Made by a program: the position numbers and the translations under genes. DNA of 64,000 bases from Candidatus Poribacteria bacterium (GTDB taxonomy: Bacteria; Poribacteria; WGA-4E; WGA-3G), in the NCBI GenBank assembly GCA_958295945.1, contig OY282386.1, forward strand, positions 1,303,371 through 1,367,370, read 5' to 3'. The notes beneath the pieces were generated by a model. The model saw nothing but the letters and a program-made list of their open reading frames with translations. It did no database searches and was not told the origin of the DNA. Within the stretch, counting starts at the first letter, position 1. Each line of letters starts with the position of its first letter. Below, piece after piece: positions 26,801 to 38,600 of this stretch.

Positions 26801-29800
26801 AACTACTAATACGAATCCCAATTCCTTTTATGGTCCACCTGGGACAAATATATACAAACTTCATCTTGCCAGCATTCTCTCACAACGTGTGCAACCTCAG
26901 CAGTATTCTTCAAGAAATGTCTCTCCATGGGTTCCAACCACATTTGAAGAAGCACAGGCTGCCGCACTTGTGCAGGTGAAGTCGATCATGGATGATCTCG
27001 GTCAGTTGGATGACATGTTTGCTCAGTATGAGGAAAAAGTAACTGCGAATCCCAAGGATATCCAAACGCTTGAACTGTTAGCACAACTATACATTTTGAT
27101 GAAGAATCAAGAAAAAACAGATGAGGTATTAGATAAGTTGTTAACAGCCTCACCTGATAATTTAGTATATCAAGGCATTAAGTTAGGATTGTTGGTTGAT
27201 CAAGAGGGTTTTCAATATGATAGCTTCATAAATTATCTTGATAAGATGACTGGATTGACATTAGATGGAAAAAATTGGTATCTGTTAGAATTTGCCTCTA
27301 TATTCCTTAGTCAAGGAAAACGTGATTCAGCTGAGAAAATGTTGGATGAACTTGATGGAATGAATGTGCTTCAACTCAGTAATGGACATAGATTAATGGA
27401 TCTACTTGTAAGAATGGGGAGGATAGAACAAGCAGAAGAGATGCTATCGGAACTTCCTACGACAACTGGTGCACGCACTTCACAACAATATACACGCATA
27501 TATGAAACAGTATCTAACACATATCTCAGCAATGGAGATCCAGACAAAGCAATAGAATACTTTTGGAAATATATTGAAAAGACCAATCCAACAGTGTCCA
27601 ATACAAGGTATGTAGCAAGTTTGACTTATTCCACCTATTCGAGCAGCCAGACGTATCAAACCAATTTTCCATCACCTACATCGTACTATACTCAGACACG
27701 GTTGGATTTTCTGCAAAAGTTTTTCAATAAAATATGGATCAAAGAACAACAAGAACTATTCTACACAGTATTAGAGGATAAGTATAACGGTTCGGAAGGT
27801 AGAAATCGTATCTATCCAGCATTAGCTATTAGTTATTGTAAATGGTGGGATGGAAAACGAGACAAGTCGCTTGAAGTACTGAACAAGTTACAAGAGGAAT
27901 TCCCGGATGACCTATCATTAAAGATGAATACGATATTCGTTTCAATTCAATCTGGCAAATACAACGTAGCATTAGATGTTGTGAAGGAACTTATTCATTC
28001 GGATCCAAAGAATCTGAATCAATATTACGATCTGACATTACAAATTGCGATGTATACAGGCGATTCTTCTGTAGTGCGTGATTTGATGAAAAACATTTTG
28101 AACTCACCTACAAGTGTACAGCAGCTTCACAATTTCTCACAGAAATTGCAGAGTGTGGGATTCACACAATATGCTGTTGCTGTTTCACAAAAAGCGATGG
28201 ATTTAGTCTTGAGAGAAAGGGATCCGAGTTTTTTGAGAAAGTTTAGTACTCATTTAAACGATTTAGGTCGCGGGCAGGATGCTGCACGTTTGACTCAACG
28301 TGCAGCTAAGTTAGAAAATTTGAAAGTCTTGTCTGGGCAAACATTACCGAACATGAATATTCGATCGGTAACGCTTTCTCCTAAACGGTTAAAGATGATT
28401 CAAGATCGTGAGGCGAAATTAGTCAAAATAGTTGAACAGAATCCGAAATCCTTCAAAGCACAGTCCAATTTAGCCGCATTTTACTCAAGTAGAAATCAGG
28501 TGCAGAAAGCGATACAAACATATCAAGCAGCTCTTGAACTGCGTCCCAATGATAGCACGTTACGTAATCAATTTGCAGACATGTTACGGCGAGTCGGAGA
28601 AGCAAAAAAAGCAGTTGAACAATATACGTATCTACTCAAGAACAACATCTCTACTTCCCAATACAGTTACTATCAATATGGATATATCATAGAAACATTT
28701 ATCCAAGCAGGCGAAATAAAAAAACTTATTTCAATTGCCAAAGAAATGGTTGGGAATAATCAAGGTTCTGGACGTAGTAATGAATTTGTTCGTAGGATTG
28801 CTCAGCATTTTAGAAACAACAACAATAATGTTATACCACTGATTGAGATTTACGAAAAATCACTTGAGTCTGGATCAGAGACTCATTTTTATGACTTAGT
28901 TTCAGCATACATGTCTACCGGCAATCGTGATAAAGCAAGGCAACTATTAGTAGGTAAACTCAAGACCGGACCTGCGGAAAGACAAGTAAATGTGGTACTT
29001 AGGTTGTCTAATTTAGATGAAGGTTTAGATGATTTGAAGAATTTGGCAAAAGAATATGAGGAGAAGTTTCCTATGGATACTGCTGAATCTTCTATGTTAT
29101 ATCTACTTACTATCTTAAAAATAGCAACAAATGACTTAGAGGGGTCAGATATATATGTAGAAAAACTGTTGAAGAATAAATCCAATAATATTGGATCGTA
29201 TTGGCTTCATACGATTGCTAACGCATATCAGGACAAAGGGGATTCAGACCGTCAACAACGTATGCTTGAGGCTGCAATTGAAATCGTAGATCTAAATAAT
29301 ACCGGTCAACTATCAAACACCTACCAATCACTTGGTAAAATATACGCAGATAAAGGGGAGAAAGAGAAAGCGAAGAAAGCCATCCGAAAAATGGGTAATC
29401 TCCGCCTGATGCGTAGTGGTGGTGCTCGTTTTTATGATAAAGATACGGTCGCTCGCACATACATGGACCACGGTTTGTATGACGAAGCGGAAGTGTTGTT
29501 GATAGAAATCATCAACGACTTATCTGCACATTCATATTACCGTGAACGGGCTCAAGAACAATTAGTGACAATCAGAGTCAGACGTGGTGGGACAGACAAT
29601 AGATTGGAAAACACAATGGATGATATGAATATTGCCTTACTCCGTACAAAAGCACAAGAAGAAAAAGGAAGGGGAAACTACTACGAGGCAATTAGAATCT
29701 ACGAGCAGATAGTCAAAAAATCACCAGACGACCTTGGTTCGCGTGCTGAACTTGCTTCTCTTTACACATTGCAGAATGAACAAGATAAAGCAATTGAGAT

Positions 29801-32800
29801 GTGGGACGCTCTGCTAAAAGTTGATCCTGCAAATACAAAATATCAGGATGGACTTGTGGATGCATACAAAGTGGCAAATAGAATTGATGATGCGATTGAG
29901 TTTGCACAAGGATATATACAAGAGAATCCAGATACCGGTCTACACCATACTCGACTTGCAGATTTATATGCATTCAATGGACAGATTGACACTGCGATTA
30001 CAACCTATAAAAAGGCGATAGAACTCTCCCCGAGTGACGCTAAATCACATGAGGAATTAGCCAAACTTTATGAGAAAAATCGAAACTATGATGCTGCAGA
30101 AAAGTCGTATAATGATGCCCTAAAATTCTCAGCACCAGGGAGTAATCAAGCGAAGGTAAGACAGAGTTTGATGAAAATTTATCAACGTCAAGGAAAATTA
30201 GAGGAGATACTGAAACAAGCTGAAGAGCAGGGGACTCTGACCTTTGATATGCAACAGGAAAGAGCACGGATATATCAAAACAACGGAGATATGGAAAAAG
30301 CAGCGAGTGCATACCAAAAGGCTTTAGGAATGACAGCAGATAAATATGCACGCGGTGATATTCAACGGCAATTGATCAGCATCCATTCTAAACTTGGTAA
30401 ATTAGAGGAATATCTGAAGGAAACAGAGAAACAAGGAATGGTATCTTTTGAAATGCAGAGGGAGATTGCACGGTTATATCAAAATAAACGTGAATATGAT
30501 AAAGCGGCAGCTGCCTACAAGAAAGCTGCGCAAATGACTACACAATCTTATGAGCGGCGAGAACTTGAACGACAAATGATGCAACTCTATCGTCAATCCG
30601 GGAAGTTTGAGCAATTTCTAAAAGATATGGAAAAGGATGGCACCCTCTCTGCTGATATGCAGGTTGAGCTTGCAAAATACTACAGTTCACGTGGGAAATC
30701 CGAAAAAGCAATAGAAGCATATCAGAAGGCGAACAATATGACAGATAGCGACCAAGAGGAAATATCAAATCTGATGATGAATGAATTTGTTAAACTTGAC
30801 AAGACTGACAAAGCAATAGAAATATATGAAAGTCTCGTTAGCAATTCCTCAGAAAGTCAGTCAATTAGCTATTACAGCGGATCCTCTGGTTTCCGAATAC
30901 AATCTGAAAAAGAACAAGCACGTGAATCCTTAATTAACGTCTTTAAACGCAATAGAAAACTCAACGAACTTGAGAAGATTTACAGTACTAAGTTGGAAAA
31001 GGAACCGAATGATACAGATATTCTTACTGTTTTAGCCGAGATACACCGCAATTCTAAAAATTATGAAAAAGCTGCAGAAGTCTATCAGAATCTATGTAAA
31101 ATAGAACCAGAGAATGTTCGCAATTATTTTTATGCTGCTGCGTCTCTTGAAAAAATTGGACAGAAAGAACAGTCGCAAGCATTGATAGAACAAGGGAATA
31201 ATGCCCTTTCGTCGAGACCAGACAATAAAGATTCCATGTTGTTATGTACACTTGGTTCTATCTGCTATGAAAGCAAAATGTATGAACCGGCAATTACATT
31301 GTTCAAAGAAGCAGCTAAAGTGAATGAATTGACAGGTATCAATAGTAATATCCGATGGCAACAAGAGAATATATATGAAATACTTGGCAAAAGTTATATG
31401 GAAACCAAGCAGTATGAGGAAGCAGTTGAGGCGTATCAGCATAAACTGAAACTTACGACACATGATCATTCCAGAGAGAGAATTGAAAAGGCAATTAAAC
31501 AAGCCTATGATGCGGGGAATCTCCACGAGAAACATATTCCAGAACAGTTGGAAAAGGTCCAACAGAATCCGAATGATGTCAATGCAAGAATTACACTTGC
31601 TGAGAGTTACGTGTCAAGTGAGAGGTATGACGAGGCAATTGTTCAGTTTGAGAAGATCAGCGAATTGCAACCGAACTCTCCGAAATGGCACAAAACTGTA
31701 GGGGATTTATACGGAAAGACTAAACAGACTAACAACACAGAATGGCTACAAAAAGCTGCAACTGCGTATGAGAAAGCAATTGCACTGGATCCGAATTCCT
31801 ATGAATTCTATGACACTTTAGCAAAGTTGTATGCGGAAAACGGTGATTCTACAAAAGCCGAAGCAGTCTATATAAGAGCACTGAATGCATCCCACAATCC
31901 AGATGAACATGATAAGGTCGTCAATGCCATTTTGGATCTTGATAAGTCATATAGGGAATTAGACAAACGGCTTGAGAAACTTGAAGAAATCAATACAAAA
32001 AAACACCATAGCACACTTTTACATAAACTATTGGGTGATACCTATTTAGCTTCAGGTGATACGGAAAAAGCCTCTGTATCTTATAAGAAGTGGTTGGAGA
32101 TAGTGAAAAAAGAAAGTGAGAAAGGTAAGCGTGCGATGGCATTATATCAATTTGCTGAACATCTGTTGGATACAAACAAACTACCAGAGATTGCATTAGA
32201 GGCAGCAAAGCATGCAACGCAAGCCAGATCGGATGCAACCTATTTCTCAACATTAGGCAACGCCTATCTGGTCAATGAACAATTTGAAAATGCATTTGAA
32301 CAATTTGAACGAAGTTTTAACCTTATGAATCAATCCGGCGGTTTGCGCGGTAACAAGTTAGAACCTTTATTGAGACGTATTTCACAAGCGATCGAAAATA
32401 TGCAAGATAAGTCTCGGTATCAGGAACTGATGGGTAAACTAATTGATTCAATCCCGACTGATGTTGACACTGAACTTGAAACCATCTTGTTATTGGCAGA
32501 TTTCTGTCGTAAACTCAATTTGACTGATAAGGCAAAGGCATTCGTACAGAAAACGGGTTTCTTCCCTCAAACTGCTTGGTTAATACTCGGTCCGTTTGAC
32601 AATGCGAACGGTGTTGGATATAGTACTGCTTTCATTCCTGAAGAACAGACGCAAATTGATAAAACCGCAGAATATGATGGGGTAACAGGTAAGATAAAAT
32701 GGGTCAAAAGTTCTGATGAGATCTTTGATGGGTTCTCCGACTTTGGTATGTATGAGCAATTCTATGCCGCTTATGCCTGGATTTCATTTACATCCCCTGA

Positions 32801-33056
32801 AGAGAGGGAAGCAGAAATCCGATTTGATAGTGATGACCAAGGTAAAGTGTATTTGAATGGTAAAAAAGTATATGCACATAGAAGAACACGGGGTGCGACC
32901 ATTGACCGACGCACTATTCCTGTAACGCTTGCTGCAGGAGAAAACACTATCCTTGTCAAAGTCTGCAATGAATCTCTACCGTGGGGATTCTATTTGCGCA
33001 TTACTGATACGGATGGAAATCCTTTTGATGATTTGAAAGTCGTAGATACTGAATAG
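23859..33056 (+). CDS. Giant secreted TPR-repeat protein (3065 aa) with a C-terminal PA14-like beta-sandwich domain
   Basis: AAGGAG RBS, signal peptide and dozens of TPR-like helical repeats. The C-terminal domain reads WLILGPFDN...RFDSDDQGKVYLNG...ILVKVCN...WGFYLRITD. Confidence 0.85.
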   Translation: MLVKKYIILLSVFSVFFSGLFFVTLSFSQDEATDEKIIERYKLMLIRKPKEGSTFDRLYQFYLEGSGLEAMVSDYQSEAQEKPNDPNIQLILGHIYKRLGKDEEALTAYQRAVELSQNDYYAHFALGQLYVILRHHEDAISELTKATSLSEQAQTISPEELTDIYKTLGHAYFSRDMLDEAIKAWEKISELDPDDIFARIELADLFREQELYTQAIAQYEEIIKLKKDDTYRKCLSMREIGKIHEESGEYQKALQQYDAALDLTAQGNWLRKDLQHRIIAIYSADANWKDLIAYYDVKLETNPNDPETLGLLAAAYIENQQLEEGIDTYKKGLALAPTDTGLRLSLIGALRDAEKFEDAAVEYETLSEQHPDDIGIYRELGKLYLQLENEEQAKGVYQRLIDRDPKSANIYITLAEIYTGHEWLEDAVAAYQKATELDTDNLDYIEYYGDFYYRQGESPKAIETWNRMVVDTKSTAENYDRLARLLETKKFSDEAIDASRKAVELMPATYRFRESLAKRLMNNELYVEALVEYTEAMKLAPNAFFAEQMDDKRIELYKRQGTLVKRIEEIETELDTPELADNDKFAQQKRLAKMYLKLGNTAYALEILLDAKKLRPDDINVNRWAANIYVKQGRRDEAINIYRHLTNIDNTNAREYYSNIAKIYLETLDFEKAKEAAKQVVAHSPRNPEGHHLLAQIAMQSGDYDTSVDSFKQAIRLRPEAIDIRSELAQLYHNSGDFRLAIAQYWRCWNLSDNISDKLSFIQPLGEAYYSLGRRTELAERLKQMAKSQMAISQTSGIASVLALAQVYRNEGDLSSARFQLARALDQRRENPELLYQLVGISLDLGDIEEALSYQQQLVKADPDPIHQQKLGELLFDVGREQEAVQTWSKVLHQKKHTLDAEIRLAKLLIRHGLMEEAFFALDNAAEKITGADAYIGLYQIGATLVEISEPEKALPYFQQIVEMSKPAQGTGFATTKKKSRTTNTNPNSFYGPPGTNIYKLHLASILSQRVQPQQYSSRNVSPWVPTTFEEAQAAALVQVKSIMDDLGQLDDMFAQYEEKVTANPKDIQTLELLAQLYILMKNQEKTDEVLDKLLTASPDNLVYQGIKLGLLVDQEGFQYDSFINYLDKMTGLTLDGKNWYLLEFASIFLSQGKRDSAEKMLDELDGMNVLQLSNGHRLMDLLVRMGRIEQAEEMLSELPTTTGARTSQQYTRIYETVSNTYLSNGDPDKAIEYFWKYIEKTNPTVSNTRYVASLTYSTYSSSQTYQTNFPSPTSYYTQTRLDFLQKFFNKIWIKEQQELFYTVLEDKYNGSEGRNRIYPALAISYCKWWDGKRDKSLEVLNKLQEEFPDDLSLKMNTIFVSIQSGKYNVALDVVKELIHSDPKNLNQYYDLTLQIAMYTGDSSVVRDLMKNILNSPTSVQQLHNFSQKLQSVGFTQYAVAVSQKAMDLVLRERDPSFLRKFSTHLNDLGRGQDAARLTQRAAKLENLKVLSGQTLPNMNIRSVTLSPKRLKMIQDREAKLVKIVEQNPKSFKAQSNLAAFYSSRNQVQKAIQTYQAALELRPNDSTLRNQFADMLRRVGEAKKAVEQYTYLLKNNISTSQYSYYQYGYIIETFIQAGEIKKLISIAKEMVGNNQGSGRSNEFVRRIAQHFRNNNNNVIPLIEIYEKSLESGSETHFYDLVSAYMSTGNRDKARQLLVGKLKTGPAERQVNVVLRLSNLDEGLDDLKNLAKEYEEKFPMDTAESSMLYLLTILKIATNDLEGSDIYVEKLLKNKSNNIGSYWLHTIANAYQDKGDSDRQQRMLEAAIEIVDLNNTGQLSNTYQSLGKIYADKGEKEKAKKAIRKMGNLRLMRSGGARFYDKDTVARTYMDHGLYDEAEVLLIEIINDLSAHSYYRERAQEQLVTIRVRRGGTDNRLENTMDDMNIALLRTKAQEEKGRGNYYEAIRIYEQIVKKSPDDLGSRAELASLYTLQNEQDKAIEMWDALLKVDPANTKYQDGLVDAYKVANRIDDAIEFAQGYIQENPDTGLHHTRLADLYAFNGQIDTAITTYKKAIELSPSDAKSHEELAKLYEKNRNYDAAEKSYNDALKFSAPGSNQAKVRQSLMKIYQRQGKLEEILKQAEEQGTLTFDMQQERARIYQNNGDMEKAASAYQKALGMTADKYARGDIQRQLISIHSKLGKLEEYLKETEKQGMVSFEMQREIARLYQNKREYDKAAAAYKKAAQMTTQSYERRELERQMMQLYRQSGKFEQFLKDMEKDGTLSADMQVELAKYYSSRGKSEKAIEAYQKANNMTDSDQEEISNLMMNEFVKLDKTDKAIEIYESLVSNSSESQSISYYSGSSGFRIQSEKEQARESLINVFKRNRKLNELEKIYSTKLEKEPNDTDILTVLAEIHRNSKNYEKAAEVYQNLCKIEPENVRNYFYAAASLEKIGQKEQSQALIEQGNNALSSRPDNKDSMLLCTLGSICYESKMYEPAITLFKEAAKVNELTGINSNIRWQQENIYEILGKSYMETKQYEEAVEAYQHKLKLTTHDHSRERIEKAIKQAYDAGNLHEKHIPEQLEKVQQNPNDVNARITLAESYVSSERYDEAIVQFEKISELQPNSPKWHKTVGDLYGKTKQTNNTEWLQKAATAYEKAIALDPNSYEFYDTLAKLYAENGDSTKAEAVYIRALNASHNPDEHDKVVNAILDLDKSYRELDKRLEKLEEINTKKHHSTLLHKLLGDTYLASGDTEKASVSYKKWLEIVKKESEKGKRAMALYQFAEHLLDTNKLPEIALEAAKHATQARSDATYFSTLGNAYLVNEQFENAFEQFERSFNLMNQSGGLRGNKLEPLLRRISQAIENMQDKSRYQELMGKLIDSIPTDVDTELETILLLADFCRKLNLTDKAKAFVQKTGFFPQTAWLILGPFDNANGVGYSTAFIPEEQTQIDKTAEYDGVTGKIKWVKSSDEIFDGFSDFGMYEQFYAAYAWISFTSPEEREAEIRFDSDDQGKVYLNGKKVYAHRRTRGATIDRRTIPVTLAAGENTILVKVCNESLPWGFYLRITDTDGNPFDDLKVVDTE

Positions 33057-33307
33057 CGAATTGTCTGAACCATGATGAATCGGCGGGATTAGAACCCTCC
33101 AACAATGTCCGAAGCGCAATGAATTGCACGACTCCAAACGCTTTCTTTGTTAATAATTAGAAATTGAATAACCCACCAAACTGCATCCGAAAATGTGTAT
33201 ATGTAATTATACACACTACAATTATTGTGTCTTACAAACCCTATGAAGTCGGCTTTCAACGTCAACCCTAAAATATTATTCATATCACAATCTCAAGGAG
33301 GAATTAG

Positions 33308-35434
33308 ATGACAAAATACAACAAAATAAACATCTATTGTCTACTAACAATCATCTTCTTTAGTTTCAGTTTCTCATTACCATCTTTTGCACAGGATAAT
33401 GAGATCAGTGAAAATATTGAAGATGTGATTGATGTTGCATTAGATTTAGACGGTGAATTGAGTTACGTAGAAATTGATGATAGCGAAATATTAAATGAAA
33501 TTAACGGACAAGTAACGGTGTGTGCTTGGATTAAAGCAACAAACTTTCCTACCAGATATCTACCAATCATATACAAAGGGGATGAACGTCTGCCCGGTAT
33601 CACAAACCGTAGTTTTGTGATGTATCTACGACATGATGGTGCGTTGCAATTCGCTTCTTCACCTGATGGAAAAAATGAGAAGTATATCTTCTCACCAATG
33701 GGTGCAGTCAAACTCAATAAATGGCATCATGTTGCTGGCGTTGTGGACACGACGAGAAATATCATCAGTGTCTATGTTGATGGTGTGGAAGCAGGTTATA
33801 GAGATTTTGGTAGAAACAGAAGATTTTATGAAAGCACACTACCATTAAAAATCGGTGGCACACATGAAGAGACTAATCATAACCACAGATCGTTTGTCGG
33901 ACAGATTGATGAGGTAAGCGTCTGGGATGTTGCCTTGACTGAAGAACAAATCCAAAACAATATGAATAACCGTTTGACAGGGAATGAAAGAGGATTGGTC
34001 GGTTATTGGAAATTTGATAAACAGAATGATGGTGAAATTTCCGATATGACCCATAATAAACTCAATGGGAAGTTGGTTGAAAACGCAAGATTAATAGATT
34101 ACATCCGTCCTATTCCAACAGGACTAAATCCAGAACAGCTTGAAAAACAAGCAATTCTATATGAAAAAGCACTCAAACGTGGAACAGTTTCTTATGAGAT
34201 ATACAGCACACTCGCTGAAATATATCTCAAAACAGGACGTACTGCTGAAGCGGAGAAAATATACGGACAGTCTTTAGAGGTGGATCTCAGACAGTCTGAA
34301 CATGGCGAGGCAATGAAAGCACTGTGGCAATTATATGATAGTGCAGGGAAAGAAAAAGCATTTATCACACTATTGGAAAAGTTGAAACAGGATATGCAAA
34401 AAAGTTCAGTCCTGTTTGAACTCTTAGGTGAGGCGTACACTAAAGTTGGTGACAAACAGAATGCGAAGGATGCCTACGCACAATGGATCAATCTGCGAAA
34501 AGATGAAGTTTTTCAGCAAGGTCTGTCATCTGCATATTATGAACTTGCGGATAAACTTCTTGAGAAAAACATATTTCCTGAAATCGCGTTGGAGTTGGTT
34601 TTAAATGCAGCAGATGTTGAACTGGACAGAGATTACATATTAGTGCTGGCACATGCATTCGTCGCGAATGAACAGTATGATGAAGCATTCCGACTCATAA
34701 AAAACATCTATGATATGTCTTATCTGCCCTTTGTTGAACGAAGGTTATTAACGCGGGTTGCAAAAGCAGGTAAAACTGTCAAGGATAAAGAAGGCTATGA
34801 GAATATGTTGAATGAGCTCATAGAATCTGTGTCAGACAATTTACGTTCTCAACTTCAGACAATGCTTGTTTTGGCACAAACCTATCAGGAAACCGGAGAA
34901 CACGAAAAGGCTGATGACCTTATTCGGAAAACAGGATTTATCACAGAAGATGCATGGCTGGTTCTTGGTCCTTTTGATAACTCGGGTGGGATAGGCTACA
35001 ATACACAGTATATCCCAGAAAACTTGCCGAGGATTGATACTTCCAAAGAATATGAAGGAAAAAATGGTACGGTACGTTGGAAAAAGATAAAGAACATTTC
35101 ACTCTTAGGAGATATCCGTTTAGGTAAAGAGACTGATTGGAGTGTTGCGTATACTTTTGCAACAATCCATTCACCTGATGAACGTGAAGTTGAATTTCGT
35201 TTTGATTCAGACGACCAAGGCAAAATCTGGGTTAACGGTATTGAAGTTTTCACACATACCAAGACGTTTACTGCGGAAATTGACAATTTCAAATTTCCTG
35301 TAAAACTGAATGCAGGGTTAAATAGTGTTCTCGTCAAGGTATGTGAACAAACAGGTGGCTGGGGATTTTATCTGCGAATAACCAACAAAGATGGTAATAC
35401 TTATGATGATTTAGATTTTATGAAAGTAGAGTAA
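33308..35434 (+). CDS. Secreted LamG-like jellyroll + TPR + PA14-like domain protein
   Basis: Signal peptide. LamG motifs TVCAWIK, KWHHVAGV, LKIGG, GQIDEVSVWD and LVGYWKFD. The C-terminal domain is paralogous to that of the giant protein. Confidence 0.85.
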   Translation: MTKYNKINIYCLLTIIFFSFSFSLPSFAQDNEISENIEDVIDVALDLDGELSYVEIDDSEILNEINGQVTVCAWIKATNFPTRYLPIIYKGDERLPGITNRSFVMYLRHDGALQFASSPDGKNEKYIFSPMGAVKLNKWHHVAGVVDTTRNIISVYVDGVEAGYRDFGRNRRFYESTLPLKIGGTHEETNHNHRSFVGQIDEVSVWDVALTEEQIQNNMNNRLTGNERGLVGYWKFDKQNDGEISDMTHNKLNGKLVENARLIDYIRPIPTGLNPEQLEKQAILYEKALKRGTVSYEIYSTLAEIYLKTGRTAEAEKIYGQSLEVDLRQSEHGEAMKALWQLYDSAGKEKAFITLLEKLKQDMQKSSVLFELLGEAYTKVGDKQNAKDAYAQWINLRKDEVFQQGLSSAYYELADKLLEKNIFPEIALELVLNAADVELDRDYILVLAHAFVANEQYDEAFRLIKNIYDMSYLPFVERRLLTRVAKAGKTVKDKEGYENMLNELIESVSDNLRSQLQTMLVLAQTYQETGEHEKADDLIRKTGFITEDAWLVLGPFDNSGGIGYNTQYIPENLPRIDTSKEYEGKNGTVRWKKIKNISLLGDIRLGKETDWSVAYTFATIHSPDEREVEFRFDSDDQGKIWVNGIEVFTHTKTFTAEIDNFKFPVKLNAGLNSVLVKVCEQTGGWGFYLRITNKDGNTYDDLDFMKVE

Positions 35435-35522
35435 ATAGTGTAGGAGATTAATTGGAATATCATTCGTTGCTATATCTGATTCTCACCGTATTCATCTTAA
35501 AGGGAACTAACTCTCCACACAT

Positions 35523-35597
35523 TGTAGTGCGGGGTCTCTGTGCCCCGCCGTCATTTCCGTAATTTAGACATGGTGGGGCACAGAGACCTCGCACTAT
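35523..35597. repeat. REPIN-like doublet (GTAGTGCGGGGTCTCTGTGCCCC...GGGGCACAGAGACCTCGCACTA)
   Basis: Inverted pair of the same family as 20951-21024, with a half copy at about 23717-23744. Confidence 0.75.
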
Positions 35598-35651
35598 ATA
35601 AGATATATGAGATACACTCTAACAATTCAACTCATTAGGAGATATTTTTAT

Positions 35652-38600
35652 ATGACATGTTCAAAATTGTCTTTCTGCTTTGTAATTTTCATGTTAATCA
35701 CAGTAGGTACTTTCATAGCAGGACTTGAAGCGCAAGACACCGAAGAAAATAACACACCGCTACAAGATTTCATCAATGAAGCACAAACGTTAGTGCGATG
35801 GAACCAATTAGATGAAGCAATAGAAATCTACGAAAGAATAGTGATAGCAGCACCCGAAGACTATACATCTCTATTAGAACTCGCAACGCTTTACTCACGC
35901 ACAAATCAACATGAAAGCGCGGCGCAAACCTATGGCGAACTGCTTGAATTTGACACAGAAAATATAACCTATCAGGATGGACTTGTTAGCAGCTTACAAG
36001 CTGCTGGTAAATACGATGAGGCACTTGAACTCGCGCAGTCCTACATCCAATCAGATCCAACAGTAAGTAAACACTACGCACGACTCGGAAGACTCTATGA
36101 AGTTGAGGGTAATGAACATGCTGCCATCGCTAACTATAAGAAAGTAATTGAATTAGCAACCGGTGATAAACAAACGTATCTTAAGCTCGCAAAACTATAT
36201 TTTCTCAATGAAGACATAGATGCTACAGAAATGGCGTTGAAGAATGCCATTCTATCGCCCACATCCGCATCAGCGCGACAAGGTATTGAACGGCAATTGA
36301 TCAGTTTTTATCGCTATCATGGGAATTTAGGAGAGAAGTTACAACAAGCTGAAAATGATGGGACAATCACATTCCAGATGCTGAAAGTCCTTGCCGAATA
36401 CTACAACAAAACCGGAGAACTGGACAATGCTGCTAATGCCTATAAGCGGGCACTTGACATGACAACCAGTTCTTCTGAGAAAGTTAGAATCTTTGCTGAA
36501 TTGTTCAAGGTATATATTCAACTCGGTGATATGGATTCGGTAATAGAACCTTATGAAACAGAGGCGAATTTGTCTATAAACAGCAAAACATTGTTCTACA
36601 CTTCTGAAAGAATTACAGTGACATCGGCAAGAATTGCACCAATATACAAATTTGAGACTGCACGTGACACATTGATTGGTGCTTTCAAGAGCCAAGATAA
36701 ACTTGAAGTGTTAAAAACATATTATGAAGGTAAACTTCATGAAAATGATGAGAATCCTGTTGCACGAACAATATTGGCAAGGATATATTGGGATGAAAGG
36801 GATTATCAAAAATCTGCTGAAATGTCCGAAGCACTTGGCAAAGCAGATTCTAACAATGTCCGTTATTTTTATTATGCTGCAGCTGCATTAAAAAGAAACA
36901 AACAACCTGAATTAGCCGATGAAATGCTTAATCAGGCGAAAACAGCACTTGCAGCCTGTAGCGAGAAAGATGACCCGTGGTTTCTTGGTTCACTTGCAAC
37001 AATCTGCAATGAAAATAGAATGTTTGAACCAGCACTTGAACTCTCCAAATCTGCCATTGAAATGAGTGAGAACGAAAAAGATAGTAGGATTCTGGATACT
37101 TTGCATGGAATACTTGCGAAGAGTTATCGTGAGACAAAACAGTACGAAGAAGCTCTTGACATATATCAGAATATGGCAAGCATAGAAAGGAATATCAGCG
37201 TCCGAAATAGGGCAAATAACGCGATCCGGGAAATCATCAAAGAGGGAAAACTATATGAAAAACTGATTCCTGAACAACTGAAGAATGTTGAGAAAAGCCC
37301 TAACAATCCAGAGATGATCTTGGAACTCGCGGAGAGTTATGAAGCCATAGATAATATCAAAGAAGCAATTGTGCAATATGAAAAACTTGCGGAACTGGAA
37401 CCTGAAAGAAGCTACGTCTACAGGAAGTTGGGTGACTTGTATCAAAAAGTGGATCGTGAGGTAGAGGAGGTAATGGAGGACAATGCACTTAGCTTAGATG
37501 GAGATGGGAGTTACGTTGAAATCGTGGACAGTGAGATGATTGACAATATCTCCGAACAAGTTACGATATCTGCATGGATCAAACCAACAGATTTTCCAAA
37601 CACCTGTACGACTGTACTTTTCAAAGGCAACAAACGAACACCTGATCATTCTCATCGTCAATTCGCGCTCTGGTTGTTTGATGAAGGTCTCGCTTATTTT
37701 GACGCATCCCCTAACGGTCTTTATATAAGATGGATTGCCTCTGAAAGCGAATCTATCCAAAGAAATCAATGGTACCACGTAGCAGGAACCATTGATGCCA
37801 AGAATGACAGTATAAAGTTATATCTAAACGGTACTGAAGTCAGAACAAGTAATTTTAAGGGACAGAGAAATTTGACTAAGACCACACTGCCATTGCGAAT
37901 CGGTTGTTCGCATGAAGAAGAAATATCTGAGCACGCATCATTTGCTGGACTAATTGATGAAGTGCGGGTTTGGAACATCGCGCGCACTGAAAATCAAATC
38001 CGTTCAGATATGTCCAAGCAGCTGAAAGGAGATGAAGCCGGTTTAGTAGGTTATTGGAAATTTGATGCAGAAACTGAAGGACGCGTTTCCGATAGTTCAC
38101 TCAATAAAAATGATGGCAAACTTGTTGGAAATGCTAAACTTGAACCTTACACTCGTCCAATTTTGGCAAGTTTAAAAGCTGATAACTTGACAAAGGCTGC
38201 ATCCTATTATGAAAAAGCCATTGAACTCAGACCAACTACATACCAGTATTATGATCGGTTAGCAAAATTATATATGGATCAGAACCAGGTATCAGATGCT
38301 GCCTATGTATATCGACGAGCATTAGACGCACGATTTAGACAAACAACCCTTGAAACAATAATTCGCGCTATCTCCGAACTTTACATTGATGAAGGGCAAG
38401 AGGACAAACTCATTGCTATCCTTGAGGAAGTAAAACCGAAAATGCAGGAGAGCGTGGTCCTGCACGGACTTTTAGGTGATCTCTACAAAAAAATAGGTGA
38501 TGCCGATAAAACTGAAATTGTAAACGCGAAGTGGTTGAAATTGAGAGAGCAAGAGGTGAACATACAGGATACACATTACCAACGTTGGTTTGCTGAAGAA

